Part shown: positions 11,049 through 23,783 of the stretch, piece after piece
Numbering within the stretch: the stretch's first letter is position 1
How the letters are laid out: every line of letters begins with the position of its first letter
From: Porphyridium purpureum
Taxonomy: Eukaryota
Direction: 5' to 3'
Length of the DNA: 64,000 nucleotides
Assembly (NCBI GenBank): GCA_008690995.1
Contig: VRMN01000020.1
Coordinates: forward strand, 62,001-126,000
The notes under the pieces: generated by a model
Databases searched by the model: none
Told to the model about the DNA's origin: nothing
Seen by the model: the letters and a program-made list of their open reading frames with translations, nothing else
Position numbers and translations under genes: made by a program

Positions 11049-12738
11049 CTAGGAGATTTGGTCACGTCCCGATATTGGCAAAATCCCCAAGTCGGCCCTA
11101 TGCTTCACGTCAGAAGGCGCAATCTCAAGCTCCGTGAGCAGTTGTCGAATTTCATTCACTTGCTCTTGAATGCCGCCAAGCGTTCGCGATTTTTCAATTC
11201 GGAGCTGATCAAAGTCACTCAACCTCACGTCAGGCGACATATTTTCGTTTTGCGACGGTTCGATAGTTGCCGTGTGCATGCTCCCGTTTTCATCTCTGTG
11301 AGCACTCTCCAGAAAGTCTTCCATGTACGAGACCAGCTCAGCGATTTCTTCCGTAGGGAAAGGCGCGTTCTCCGACAGAGCCGGTTTGAGTCTTTTCAGC
11401 AACAAAGATCCGAGCGTACAGACAGTCTTCTCATTAAAAATTGGCGCTCCGGAACGCTGCGCTTCATGCAACGTGCGAAACACTGCGATACCTTCAGAAG
11501 CACGGTCGGCCTCGTCGAGAACTTCCATGTATGCGTTCGATACAGATACATCATGGCCAAACAGATCCAGATAGGAACGATACATCTCCGTGCACTCGCG
11601 CATCCGACCAAGGCTACCATACACCGGCATAAACTTCGAAACGAGGTACGCGATCACCGGCGGATGGTCAAAGTCATCACCCCGTCGTTCGAAAAGGATC
11701 GCCAGCGCGTCATACGTACGCCTTTCCTTGACGCTCTGTTTGACAAGCGACACGCAGGCACGCTCCAAAAGTGAATCGAGAGATATCTTGGGTACGACGG
11801 AGGACTCTTTCTGCTCCAAGCTCTCAGGTGGATTCATTAAAACTTCTCGAGCTCGCCAAGAACGCGCCAGTCGAAGCGCATCGTCAAGTCGCTCCGCGCG
11901 CGACGCAAAGTGTACTGCAAAGCTAGTCACGGTAGGATCCAGAGTTTTCCAACGAGCAACCAGGGACAGCGCCACCTCCGCTACGGCGTGCACGTCGGGG
12001 GCGTACCGGCTGTTGGACAGGTCACGGTACAACACACCACAATACGATCGCAAAAACTGCACTCTCTCGGTTTCGCTGGTGCACAAATACTTTGCCCGGG
12101 AAACTACCTTGCCGAGCGCCAGGACAGCGTCCTCAGACAGTTCATCCCTCTTTCTGCGCTTTTTCGACCGCAGATAGTCGTTCAACTCCTTCTCGTGCAG
12201 AACGTAGTCCGCCCGGCACGTCCAGCGCATGAGCGAGCGGGCTGCTTCATGATTTGACTCACTGATGCACGCGGACGTTAGCAGACGAAGCGTGCGTGCG
12301 CCAGGAGTAATGCTGAGCTTCAAGTACTCGGTCGCAATCAACCAAGCATCAGTGTCACTGCCCTCCAATGCGCTCGTCCACGCGCCAACTCTAAGAATCG
12401 ATTCCTTCACAGCAACATGTGTGGCCGAGGAGTAATCTATGTTTCTCCACATTTCGGCGGCCGTTTCGTAGTTCTTGCGACCATAATAGTAACGCAATAG
12501 GACTGCCAGCGCTGACATTTGTTCACTGTAGTGCTCGCGTAGCTGCTCCACGAACGCCTCGAGCATAAGATCGACGCGGTGACATTGCTCCCAGTATTCC
12601 ATCAGGTCAGCGTACACCCTTTCATTTATGCATCCCAGTCTCAAGTCGTCGCGAAAGCGAGAGGAGATACGTTCGCTTTGTAAACTGCACCCAGAGGTCT
12701 TGCTGCTTTTTTTCTTGTCCTTATCATCATCATCATCA

Positions 12739-12801
<63 letters not shown>

Positions 12802-13724
12802 TCGTCGTCATCATCATTGGCATTCTTATCCTTATCCTTATCGTTATCGTCATCATTGCCTTCATCATTATCGTAGTCAATGTCGTCGTCATCGTCCTCG
12901 TTGCCTCCGCCAATTCCACCACCGTAATTATTCGCTCGGAGTGGGTAGACTTTTCTTGCATAATGACTCCTGTCCTCATCAGTGTCGTCGCTCCCACTAC
13001 AGCTTTCACTGTCGTTGCCATTTTTCCGGGCTGCTCGCCGCTTCTCCCGTTTCTCATCCTCCAAAATCAGTTGAAGCTGGCGCTGCATCTCAATGATTCG
13101 CTTGACGACCAGAACCACATCTACCTTGCGCAGCGGTTTCGCCAGTTCCAGAAATCTCACCAAGACACTGTCATCCAGAGGTACGCCTTGCATCCTTGCG
13201 CGTTGAAGCATTCGCACTGCAAACCTCAGCTTGGCCAGCTGCGTGGTGTCCGGCAATCGTGCGGCCAGCTTCAAGGAGGAGCCCAAGGTAACCAGGTCGA
13301 AAGCCACGTCGGTGGTTTCTAGAATGCGACTCATCTCGTTAACGGAGCAGGCGGTGTCCGCACCGATATCGTGCACAGTATTACTCAGCGCATGCTGTAG
13401 AGCCGAGTTCAGCTTCTCGGTGTCGAAATCGGCATTGCCATGTTCCCTGCTCAGTGTCGACATATTTGATGGACGTGCGCTTTGGGCACCTTGATCACGC
13501 TGGGCATCATTCGGTGCTGCTGCTATCCCGGGACTCGACCCAGATGCCCTGCACATCATCGCCACCGAGTGCAAGAGCACACCGCCAGACACCGCACTTG
13601 ACGATTGGCCCCATGCCAACTGTGGATGTCGCCAGATCGCGCCACCATCACGGTGACGGGCGAAATGCGCGCACGCGTGCACACTGCGCGACGTCCTCAC
13701 GGCGCGCGCCCAAGAGCCAGTCAT
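11049..13724 (-). CDS. PPR-like helical-repeat protein, paralog 1, with poly-Asp insertion
   Basis: Long ORF with the family motif FLELAKPLRKVDVVLVVKRIIE and PPR-like helices (e.g. VSVSNAYMEVLDEADRASEGIAVFRTL); Arg/Ser/Ala-rich N-terminus resembles an organellar presequence. Confidence 0.75.
12723..12815 (-). repeat. (GAC/GAT)n trinucleotide repeat encoding 31 consecutive Asp
   Basis: 93-nt ATC/GTC run on the + strand, in frame in the 11049-13724 gene. Confidence 0.95.
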
Positions 13725-14497
13725 GCTTGTCGCTCGTCCCAACTGAGAAGACCTGCCTTGCGGCCGCGCATGCGGCAGCGCGGTGATGCGGTGGAGCTAC
13801 GCACTCGGCGGATACGGCGCCTGCTCAAGCGAATACGGTATTCCACATCCAAGTCCAGCGGTCTGTGGCGCTCGCCAGCACCGCGCCGGCGCCCCGGACT
13901 GCTTGTCTGTCCCGGCCAGCGTGGCGCCGGAAGCCAGCATTGACCGGCACTGATCGCGCAGGATGTGTGCGCGGTGTGTGCTCGGGCGCCGCCTGCTGCG
14001 CCACGCGTGCACCAGGGAGAGCAGCGCAAGGTCGCAAATTGCTACTCGTTTACTTGTGAGCGCGCCGGCTGCAGACGCGGCGCGGACCGCGGCGGCGCAG
14101 GCTCGAGCTGCCGCATCGCACGCATTGCGGGCTTCTCGCGCGCTTGACGTGTTGCCGTGACGGCGTGACGGCGTGACGGCGTGTACCGCAGCGGCCGCGC
14201 ATGAATGCCTCTGCTGCGCGCGGTGACGTCCTACGTTTCCGAGGCGGTGGAACTGCAGCGGTGGCTTCAACGAGGCGTCCAATGTACAAGCACGAAACGT
14301 GACAGGTTCCTTGCTCGCCCAGAACGGAAGCCAAAGGTTCTTCTCGAGCGCGTTGACAGGTTTCACCACTTGCCGTCGCTGCTTCTGGCTCAAACTCGGC
14401 GTAGAGGCTATGTCACCGGAAGGCGCCGAGCACGGCAAGTAAACGTGCTTCCAGCCGACACACTCAGGCAACTCAATTTTTCTGTTCGGTCGATGAC

Positions 14498-16639
14498 TCA
14501 GGGTCGCGAATATCTCGCGCGCGCAGCAGCCAGCCACCTGCGAATCCGCGCCACTTTCCTTCTTACCTCTTGCAATGTATGCGCCTGTTTCATCTGTTCA
14601 TACTTCTCTGCATCACGCGTGCTCATCATGTCGCGCTCATGTCGCAGAAAGGGTGCGTCTGGACTGCGCAGCATGGAGCTAACAACATCTTGGCCCGGTC
14701 CGCCGGTTTTCGCAGCGCGCAAATAGTCTTCCATGTATTCAGCCATTTCGGCAACCTCGTCGACTGAAAGGAGCGCACCCTGGCCTACCACGTGGCTGCT
14801 GGTTTTTACTCCTTTCAGCAGAATTGAGCCCAGCACCGAGAACGTGACCTCGTTCGGAGCGGAGGCTCCGACGCTCTGGGCTTGCTGCAAGGCTCGAAAC
14901 TGCGCAATGGCTTCCGTTGCGTGCGCGGCTGCGCCCAGCACAGACATGTACGCCGTTGAAACCGCGACATGAGTTCCATGACGATGTGAGTACACGTCAA
15001 ACGCCTCGCCGCACAAATCTAGGCGTCCGAGCTGGCCCAAGATGCGGATATAACATGCGACCGCAAATGCATTCATATGAAAGGCATCCGAGTCGTCGCG
15101 ATTGGTGCCGAACACGATGGCCAGAGCAGCTGGCCAGCGACCATCTCTGACACAACTTTCCACCAATGCTTCGTACGCAAAGGCATGCAGAGCGCCGCGT
15201 ACTTTGGCTGACGTGGGACGGTGATGTCGCGCTTGCGTGTGGTTACGGTGCGCCACGCGCAGAGCTATGTCGAGGTGCTTAGAACGTGAAGCGATGTACA
15301 CAACGTGGCTGGCCAGAATGCTGTCTTCAACCGCCCAGCGTTCATACACCTGCCACGCACAGGTGGCTGCATCTTGAACGTGGTCCGCAAGCCAGCCCTG
15401 GGAGACGCCCAGGGACAAGGATTTCATGAATGTCCGCAAAGCTCGGAGACGAGCCTGCTCATTCGAGCCCAAGCGCACTGTGTCCACCAAAACATCACTC
15501 AGCGGTATCAAGATTACGCCAAGCGGTCGCTGCCCTTTTGCCGCCATGCACGCATCTATGTAATGGTGCAGCTGTTTCTCGTGTAGCACGTACCCGAGAT
15601 CACACAGCCAGCGCATGTGCGAGCGTGCTTTGTCGAATTGCCCCGCGTGTATAAAAGTCGATGTCAAGAGGTCCAGCGAGAGTGCTTCTGGCGTGATTCC
15701 CAGCTCCTTGTACTTGCTTGATATCCACTCGGCCTCGTCTGTATCGATGGTGAGCACACAAATCCACGACGCGCGACTCAATATCTTGGCATCTAGCGCA
15801 GCGCTTGCACTGGAGGAAAGAGCGGATGTGCGCATCCTCTTCCATGCCTCCGCCGCGGCATCGGCTTTTCCGCGACGAAGAAGAAAGTGAAGCACAATGA
15901 GGAGTGCATCTGCGTCACCAATCACGTCACTTGGCGAATGATTGTATGGTGCCAAGGAGGCGTTGTATGGCGAGTGCGCTGCCGGACTACTCAGTGCCTG
16001 TTGACGCTTTTGCCGTTGGTGCCCGTCGATCAAGCGATTGATGACAAGGACGACGGTAACCTTGTTGCACTGTTCGGCGAGCGTCACAAAGTGCGTCAAA
16101 ATAGACCAAGAAAGCGGCACCTTGTACATTCGCGCGCGTTGAAGAATGCGCACTGCAACCGCCAGCCTAGTGCGGCTCGACACATTCTGCATGCGTCGAA
16201 CCATCTTGAGCGACGTGAATAGAGTGGCCGTGTCAAACGGCGCATCCGTCGTCTTCAGAATATGTGCGAGTTGCCTGTATGTGCGAACACTATCTGGAGA
16301 AGATCGTTTCCAGTCACGATCGAGTGCGAGCGATGGCTCTGAATTCAGCGCTTGAGTAGCTCTGGGCACAGTACCATGAACGGCGTGCGTCGCGATGCGG
16401 CACGGGCTCAGATGGTCCTTACCATTTCGTCTTCCTCTTTGAGCGGCCGTCGCGGACTCTGTGGAAAACAGCGCAGCCGCCCTAGAAGACTGAAGCAAGC
16501 GCTCCATGGTCGCGGCCCGTTTCCGGCACCCGAGCGCGAATCTGCTCCAACACAGACTAGCGCCAAGGCTACTCAGACCTGGCGTGCGCGAGCTGGATGA
16601 GTCCCGCACAACACGCGCTCCGAATCGAACGGCATTCAT
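14498..16639 (-). CDS. PPR-like helical-repeat protein, paralog 2
   Basis: Shared motifs PFDTATLFTSLK, LAVAVRILQRAR, LAEQCNKVTVVLVINRLID, YKELGITP, GYVLHEKQL, CYIRILGQLGRLDLC and VSTAYMSVL; first in-frame ATG at 16639. Confidence 0.75.
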   Translation of the reverse strand: MNAVRFGARVVRDSSSSRTPGLSSLGASLCWSRFALGCRKRAATMERLLQSSRAAALFSTESATAAQRGRRNGKDHLSPCRIATHAVHGTVPRATQALNSEPSLALDRDWKRSSPDSVRTYRQLAHILKTTDAPFDTATLFTSLKMVRRMQNVSSRTRLAVAVRILQRARMYKVPLSWSILTHFVTLAEQCNKVTVVLVINRLIDGHQRQKRQQALSSPAAHSPYNASLAPYNHSPSDVIGDADALLIVLHFLLRRGKADAAAEAWKRMRTSALSSSASAALDAKILSRASWICVLTIDTDEAEWISSKYKELGITPEALSLDLLTSTFIHAGQFDKARSHMRWLCDLGYVLHEKQLHHYIDACMAAKGQRPLGVILIPLSDVLVDTVRLGSNEQARLRALRTFMKSLSLGVSQGWLADHVQDAATCAWQVYERWAVEDSILASHVVYIASRSKHLDIALRVAHRNHTQARHHRPTSAKVRGALHAFAYEALVESCVRDGRWPAALAIVFGTNRDDSDAFHMNAFAVACYIRILGQLGRLDLCGEAFDVYSHRHGTHVAVSTAYMSVLGAAAHATEAIAQFRALQQAQSVGASAPNEVTFSVLGSILLKGVKTSSHVVGQGALLSVDEVAEMAEYMEDYLRAAKTGGPGQDVVSSMLRSPDAPFLRHERDMMSTRDAEKYEQMKQAHTLQEVRRKVARIRRWLAAARARYSRP

Positions 16640-17574
16640 GTAGACGCGAGCGCCAAAATCCGCCGGCCTGTGCGCTCCGACTTTGCCCTCACCTTCCGGG
16701 CAGCCAACGACGAAGCCTGAGCCACAGCCACTGCTGCGCAACCGCGCGCGAGATGTTCGATCGGCACGCCAGGCTGGCACGGCCGGCCGACGCAGAGCGT
16801 GCCACGTCCGGTGATGGAACAGCCTGGCGCTGACGCGGGCTGGCTCCTGCACACCGAGCGCAGGTGCTATGTGGCCGTTAACATCACCGATGTGTCAAGC
16901 GTGGCCAGGCGTTCATGGCTTTGGCTTCGCGTGGCCGCTACTGTCTGCACGACAACGCGGGTTGCGAAGTGTCGCACGCAGCAGATGCGAAGCACGGAAC
17001 CCGACAGGTTATTTATTTGGCAGGTCGGGCAAGCGCTGGGCTGAAGTTCCGTCGAGACCATGGTACAAACGTGTTGAGCTCACACGACTTGATAGCATGG
17101 TGTCGAAAAATGTGGCTCAGCCCCAGACCGCATTTTGGCGCGTCACCGATTCCAACAAGAGGATTGCAGCGCATGTGGAGACTACAGGTGCTCAGAGATG
17201 TTTGCACATGTAGCCCGATCTATCTGCTTCACCACCGCTTCCGAGCGCTCCAACGCGCGAACCAGGCGAATTTCCTTCTCGGACTCGCTGACAATGCTCT
17301 GACGTTGACTAGATGGGACCAGCTCATGGCAGAATAGTTCGGCACGATAGTTCCCAAGCCGCCAAGCCATCGCAGGGCAAATGCTGTTCCTTTGAGATGC
17401 CAATCGCGTATCGGGCGCACACGCACAGACGCCCGCACGGATGTGAGAATATTCTTCGACTCGGTGTTGCTGTATGTATCAGCCGGGCTCTGTTGTCACG
17501 TGGGCACTGAGCCATTTGTCGTGGCTCTCAATGCTTGACACTCACAAGCCTTTAACTTGGTCGCCTGGTGGTCT

Positions 17575-19854
17575 TCATCGTATCGACGCCAAATGCTCCT
17601 TCATCTCGGCCACTTTGCCTTCAAGTTGTTGCAAGACGCGAACAGCATCTTTCGACTGCCTGTAAGCGCTTCGGGATTCTTTGAGTGACTGAGCGGCCGC
17701 ACTTATGGCAATGCTGCTGTCTTTGCCCGTACTGAGAGCACACAGTTCTGCTTCTGCTTGTTGCACTGCCAACTCCTTCTCGGCAAGGACCTCGCTTTGA
17801 TTCACATCCTCGTGTGCCAGAAAACTTTCTATGCAATCAACTAGTTGAAAGACTGCATCTGTAGACAACGCCGTTCCATATTCTTGATCCTGGCGACCGC
17901 TTGAGAGAGACTTTAGCACAGTCGTTCCGAGCAAGGAATACGTAAATGCGTTTAGCATCGACGACGAGCTTCCGGAATGTATTTCTTGCAACCGTCGAAA
18001 CAGCGCCACAGTCTCCTCTGCAGATGCCGACTCGCTCAGCACCATCATGTACGCATTGGATACGACGACACTCGGATCGTATGCGCACAAGAACGATTCA
18101 AACACTTCGCGGCATAGATCGAGCCGCCCAAGCCGACCAAACGCACGCACATAGCACTGGATAATGTGTGCAGCGTCGTTTCCCGGCACGTTAGACCTCC
18201 TCCGCAGAGTCAATGGCTCAGAGCTGTCGGTTTTGAAAACGAGCTGTAGTGCGTCACGCAGGCGATTTTCTGCAACACTTTGCTCAGCAAGCGCCTCATA
18301 CGCAGACGCAAGAAGCGGACCGCTTGCGTCTTCATCGATGTTCTCGCCAGGTGAATCGTGGTGAGCTCGCGCGGCTTTCAGCGCCAAGTTCAACAGCCCG
18401 CCGCGCGACGCAAGGAAGACCATGTGACTAGAAACCGTTGCGTCTGGAATCTGCCACCGTTGAAAAACCCGATCAGCAGATTCAGCGGTAGCGCGGGCAT
18501 GCGCCGACAAGCGAGAATCTGCAACGGCCGTTTGCAAGGCGCCAAAATAAGTTCGTAGGACCGAAAGTCTTTGTCCCTCGCTCGCGCACAAGTATGGCGC
18601 ATCGACCAAAATTTCGGCCAGAGGCAGAAGCAGCTGGTGCAGAGATTCTCCCTTCGTGCTGGCCAGAAAGCTGTTCCGTATGTATTGGCGCAGTGCGTCG
18701 GCCCGCAGCACAAAACAAAGGCGGGAGATCCCGCGCATCACCTTGCGCGCCCTGTCAAAGCACTCGGCGTTGATGAAAGTTGCCAAGATGAAATGCAGCG
18801 TGCGTGCGTCCGGTGTCATTTTGAGTTGCCTGTACTTGCGAAGAATGCTCCGTGCTTCAGTGGCATTCTTAGTGATGGAACAAACCATCGCGCCGCTTCG
18901 AAGAATGTTGGCTGTGACCAAGGTGTCTTCGGCCAGTGCAGAGGAGCTTATATTTTCCCACACATCTACGGCAACGTGATTCTGGCTTTGGGAAATCAAG
19001 TGCCGAACCAGCCGCTCAAAAACCTGTTCGGCTTTCGCGTCGTGTACTTTGATCATCTCGACGATTGTTTTGTCCTTCAAATCCTGTCGATTGCACCGCA
19101 CGAGGTACGACACAAGCACGCAGTAGGTGTGCACGTCCACTCTACGCATCCACACTTGCAAGGGAGGCACGTGCTGCTTTTGGACCATACGATGTACGGC
19201 CATGATCACGTTTACCTTGCGAAGGGGCTTGGCCAGATCCAGCATGAGCTGAGTAACGAGTGAGCTCAGCCACGCCTTGTGCTTTCTGGAGCGTCGGATC
19301 ACACGCACCGCGAGGAACAGCCTGGCGTGTGCGTCGAGGTGAGCCATTCGCGCTGCTAATTTTAAGGCCAAGACAACCGTGATGCCATTAAACGGCGCCT
19401 GTGTGACGTTTAGCATGTTCACGACGTGCGCCAGACCAGCTTTCGCATCGGCATCGTGAAGTGCAACTCTCAGCATTCTGTTCAGCACCTCTGTTCTTGG
19501 ATCCTTGCGACTGGGCATCTCCCATTCGTCATCCGTATCTTGCCCTGACGATGCATCAGGAGCGCCGCCCACGTCCAACCATGCAGGGTCTTCATGGCTC
19601 GTTGTCTTCATGGGCTTGAAACGCGCCCTGGTCTCCCGTGCACGTTCCATTGCGTGCGGATGCGCGTACGAAGCGCGCGCGGCCATATCGCGCGCGGCGA
19701 GCTGAGGGCCTGTGCGCGATGTAACATGAGAGCCTGCGCCGGTAGCGATGCAACGTTCCAGCCGCACCAACAGAGTCACAGCCGCAGGCGAGCGCTTGGC
19801 CGAGTTCGACAGCGCGCGCACGCCGCGCATGCGACCAATGGCTTGAAAGGACAT
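17575..19854 (-). CDS. PPR-like helical-repeat protein, paralog 3
   Basis: Shared motifs LAKPLRKVNVIMAVHRMVQ, YRQLKMTPDARTL, CYVRAFGRLGRLDLC and VVSNAYMMVL; first ATG at 19854. Confidence 0.75.
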   Translation of the reverse strand: MSFQAIGRMRGVRALSNSAKRSPAAVTLLVRLERCIATGAGSHVTSRTGPQLAARDMAARASYAHPHAMERARETRARFKPMKTTSHEDPAWLDVGGAPDASSGQDTDDEWEMPSRKDPRTEVLNRMLRVALHDADAKAGLAHVVNMLNVTQAPFNGITVVLALKLAARMAHLDAHARLFLAVRVIRRSRKHKAWLSSLVTQLMLDLAKPLRKVNVIMAVHRMVQKQHVPPLQVWMRRVDVHTYCVLVSYLVRCNRQDLKDKTIVEMIKVHDAKAEQVFERLVRHLISQSQNHVAVDVWENISSSALAEDTLVTANILRSGAMVCSITKNATEARSILRKYRQLKMTPDARTLHFILATFINAECFDRARKVMRGISRLCFVLRADALRQYIRNSFLASTKGESLHQLLLPLAEILVDAPYLCASEGQRLSVLRTYFGALQTAVADSRLSAHARATAESADRVFQRWQIPDATVSSHMVFLASRGGLLNLALKAARAHHDSPGENIDEDASGPLLASAYEALAEQSVAENRLRDALQLVFKTDSSEPLTLRRRSNVPGNDAAHIIQCYVRAFGRLGRLDLCREVFESFLCAYDPSVVVSNAYMMVLSESASAEETVALFRRLQEIHSGSSSSMLNAFTYSLLGTTVLKSLSSGRQDQEYGTALSTDAVFQLVDCIESFLAHEDVNQSEVLAEKELAVQQAEAELCALSTGKDSSIAISAAAQSLKESRSAYRQSKDAVRVLQQLEGKVAEMKEHLASIR

Positions 19855-20194
19855 GACTGACGCCGCAGACACATGCCGAGCTGTCTAGACGACGCTACGC
19901 ATCTAGGCCGGGGAAGATCAATCAGCCAATCACCCTCGCTCTGTGGTAGCCGCGCTCTCGTGCTGTGCATCGTGTCGCGTCATAGTTCGACGTCTGGCAC
20001 AGCGGCTGAAATGCAAGGCACACATGCGATGTCTGTGCGGGGCTTCTCAGCTGCTGCGTTGCGGAAGCCGCGCGTGTGCAACTGGGCAACATGAGTGCTT
20101 ATTCGTCGAGAGCAACGCACCTCGCGCGAGGAAACGCGACGATGTGCCTACTCGGCAGCTGGCCACACGACAGCAATGCGGTATTTATTTGCTA

Positions 20195-23100
20195 TCATGA
20201 GCGAAGGTTTCGTTGCCTATGGAGCATTGTAAACTGCTCCAGCGCCCGATTCGCGTGGCGCCGTGTTTCGGCCTTCTTGGCTTCGAGCTTCTCAGCTTCG
20301 GCCTTCTCCGCTGCGGCCTTCTCAGCCTCGACCCTTTCAGCTTCGGCCTTCCTAGCTTCGGCCCTCTCAGCTGCGACCTTCTGAGCCGCGGCCTTCCTAA
20401 CTTCGGGCCTCTCAGCTGAGAGCTTCTGAGCTTTAGCCCAACTAGCTGTGGCCTGTTCAAATACGGCCTCCTTAGCTTCGACTTTATCGCTTTTGGCCGT
20501 CTTTCCTTCAGCTCTCCTTCCTTTGGCTCTCTTTCGTTCGGCTCTCTTTCCTTCGGCTCTCATTCGTTCGGCCTTCTTTTCTTCGGCTCTCTTAGCTTCG
20601 GCTTTCTTCGCGGCGGCTCTCTGCCTCTCCAGCTCTTCGTCGTCTGTGTCCTCGGCCGATGTGCCCGGCGTCCACGAGTCCTCATAAATATTCATGAGCG
20701 AGTCGACGACTGCTGAGCTCGAAAACTCGTGCACAGGTGCTTCAGGATGCGGCTTCACAAAACTCATCGCCGTCTCCGCCGCGATATCGTCATCCGTGGG
20801 AGTCATACATGCTCGAATTTGCTCAACTTGCTCCGCGACTCTCCGCCGCAAGTCGAGATGATCAGAGCTTTCATTCTGAAGATACTCGTCCATGTAGCCA
20901 AGAGCTTCATTCACCAAATGATCTGCTAGCACGAGGTCAGGACCATGCGCGCCGTTTCTGCTGGGAAGGAAATTTTGCACGACCGTCCCTAGAGCTCGGA
21001 AGGTTTCCCCGTCCGCCGCCCACGTCTCACTTGCACGATTGCCCCGCAATGTGCGGAACAGCGCGATTGCCTCTGCAGGGCGCGACGCATTGCCCAGTGC
21101 CTCTACGTATGCAGTCGAAACGAAAGGATCAGGGGCGGCGAAGCAAGGAAACGCATTAAATAATTCGGTGCACAAGTCTAGTCGCCTACTCTTGCTCAGG
21201 GAGCGGATAAAGTAACCAACAAGGCCTGCAGCCACACGAGGAGCCAACACATCCGACCCGGGTGGCACCGTAGAAGAGTGATACCCGGGCATGTCGCCAT
21301 TCACAAACAGCAAGACAGACGCAAGTATGCGATTTTCCTTCAAGCTCTGCTCGGCTAGGGCGCAGTACGCCACTGCACGCATTGATCGAGGTGATGGGGG
21401 AGGCTTCGGCTCGTACCAATGGAACCAATTCTTCTTTCGCGTGCACACAGCAGTGAGTCGCGCTAGGCGTAACGCATCGTCAAGCAGCTCTGCACGCGCC
21501 AACAGAAAAACTAGCGCATACGCCGATTTTTTGTCCACATCTTTGGTGTCCACTAGCTTGGTTAAGCGAAGTGCACACTCAGCTGCAGCGCGAGACTGGT
21601 TCATTTCTAATCGTCCATTCGAAAAGCCTTGACACAGAGCATAGAGAAAGAATTCATGCAGACGTTCTGTCAAGTATACACGCAGTGCGGGGCTTTTCGC
21701 TCTCCCGTCCTCCGCATTGGATACTATGAGCGGGGTTTCGGCCAAAATCTCGGCCAGCGGCAACAAGCAATCGTCCAGCATGTGAACATTCGCACCTGCT
21801 TTTAAACTCGAAGACGCGAAAGTAAACAGCATTTTCTCATCCAATTCACAGCCGCAAGCCTTACTCCAGCGTATCAGATCGAGCGCCACGTCAAAGCGAT
21901 CCACATGGACCCAGAGTGATACCAATAAGTTCAGGATTGTTTGATTCGGAGAAATCTCAAGCTGCTTGAACTTTGCCACAATACGCTCGGTCTCATCATA
22001 GTTTTTCACGGCAGCGCAAACCATCACACCGCCTCGCAGAATTGTGGCATCCACAACTGCGTCATCAGAGAGAGCCTGCGAGCTCACCATCTTCCAGATT
22101 GCATGTGCTGCCTCGACACGCTCTTCACAAAGCAGATGGGAGATTAGTTTTTCAAACATGTCAGAGCCTGCACTATCATGAAGCTGCATAAGCTCAAAGA
22201 CAGCTTCGTCTCTCAACCTCGGCTGATTGCAGGCATCCCAATAAGAGACGAGCGCAAGGCTCATCTCCGCGTCGAGAGCCAAAGAGGTTGGTGTTTCACC
22301 TATGAGCTGCTGCTGCATTTGTTGCTGTTCTTCCAACATGCGCTTCACAATCAAAATGAGGTTCACTTTTCGACAAGGCTGGGCCAAGGCTAAGAAAGAT
22401 TTGAGCAGATCCTGTTCAAGTTCCATGTTGTTCGAACGAGCATTCTGCAACTTGCGCACAGCCAACGCTAGCAGAGCTCGCGGTGAGCGTTGCGACGTTT
22501 GACCGTCAAGTCCGGACGAGACACTCAGCGTCTTGTCGGAAAGTGACAACCCAGTTGCAGTCTCTGCCTCGGTTCCGTGCGCGGCATCAGCACCCGGCCT
22601 TCTACCCGCCATCATGCCACGTCGCTGCTTTCTCTTGTTCTTCAATATCGTCAATAGTTTGGAAGCGGCTCGACGTTTCGGAATGCGTAACCAGGGCTTG
22701 CGCTTGCCGGCACCAGGTGCCCCACGAATCTTGCTCGTGCTTGCAGCCGGCCCACTCCCTGATTCTTGCCAAGCTTCGGAGTTTGATTCTGGCTTCGCCG
22801 CTGCTGGCACCGCCGCCGCCGCGGACGCCGCAGACGTCGTCGTCGATGCATCCCGCTTAGCAGCGAACGCGCGGCGCGAAAAGGATCTGCGCAGCGCAGC
22901 CCGAGGACAGATCCACAAAACACGAGGTCCGAGCAGGCCCGGCGCCGAATGCTCCAGCGCGAACACGCACGCACGCTGGCGGCCGGACCGCAAGCATGCG
23001 TGTGCATGAAAAGAGTCTGTGCAGGCCCATGGCGGCGCATCCTGCGCGCACAGCGCCCATCGGCGAGGCACGCTCGTCCGAGTCGGGAGCGTTATCACAC

Positions 23101-23324
23101 CCACCGCGAGAACCCGCTCTCACCGCGCGCGCGCGCGCGTAGACCTCCGCGACTCCGCCTTCCTGCTCGCGTCGCGCGTCTCGCCGAGTTTTCTGTGCTT
23201 GGCGCCGCGCCCGGCATTTTGTGGTGACGGCGGCAGGCGCAACCGACATGCGGCGGCGCGGCAGTGACTTTGTGACTCGGAGGGAGCTTTCCAGGCTACC
23301 TGGCAGGCACGCGCGCGCACGCAT
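20195..23324 (-). CDS. PPR-like helical-repeat protein, paralog 4, with K/A/E-rich tail; probable two-exon gene (exon 1 23324-23124, exon 2 23041-20195)
   Basis: Shared motifs LAQPCRKVNLILIVKRMLE, FKQLEISP, YFIRSLSKSRRLDLC and VSTAYVEAL. The ORF has no early ATG, but a GTGAGA...GCAG 82-nt phase-0 intron would join the ATG at 23324 in frame (inferred). Confidence 0.65.
20270..20630 (-). repeat. Degenerate 15-nt coding repeat (KAE/KRAE pentapeptides, charged alpha-helical tail)
   Basis: Recurrent cttcggcct/cttcggctct units; protein KAEAKRAEEKKAERMRAEGKRAERKRAK...KAAAEKAEAEKLEAKKAE. Confidence 0.8.
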
Positions 23325-23783
23325 GCTTATGACTTGCTGGCCGTCATGGCGCTCAACAAACGTTTGAAGTATTCAGATCTGCGCGTTCGGACGGCTGCCG
23401 GTCTGCGGGGGAAGGGGCCCGTCGCGGCGTGCGAGTGACAATTTCTGGGATAAGCGAGCTAGGTGATGCGCACTTTGCCTCACGAATAGAGCATTTGACT
23501 CCACGATATGCGGCTTGCAAAGCCGCTTAGAGTGGAGCACCTTAGTCGTCTTTCCTGCTACGAGGAGGCTCGATCAGTGCCACCTTCGTCCTGTTCGTGA
23601 ATAATTTGAAGCGGGCCAGGAACGACCATTTTGCGACAGCGCCACTGGACTCTTCTTGTAGACGGCCCAGTTCAGCGATTGCAGCAAACAGTCCATGCGT
23701 TGCTTCATGTACGCCTACCTTGGATTCTTTTGCACGGCTTGAGCGAGTTGGAAACTGCTCTGCTTGACTACAATGCCACTGCT

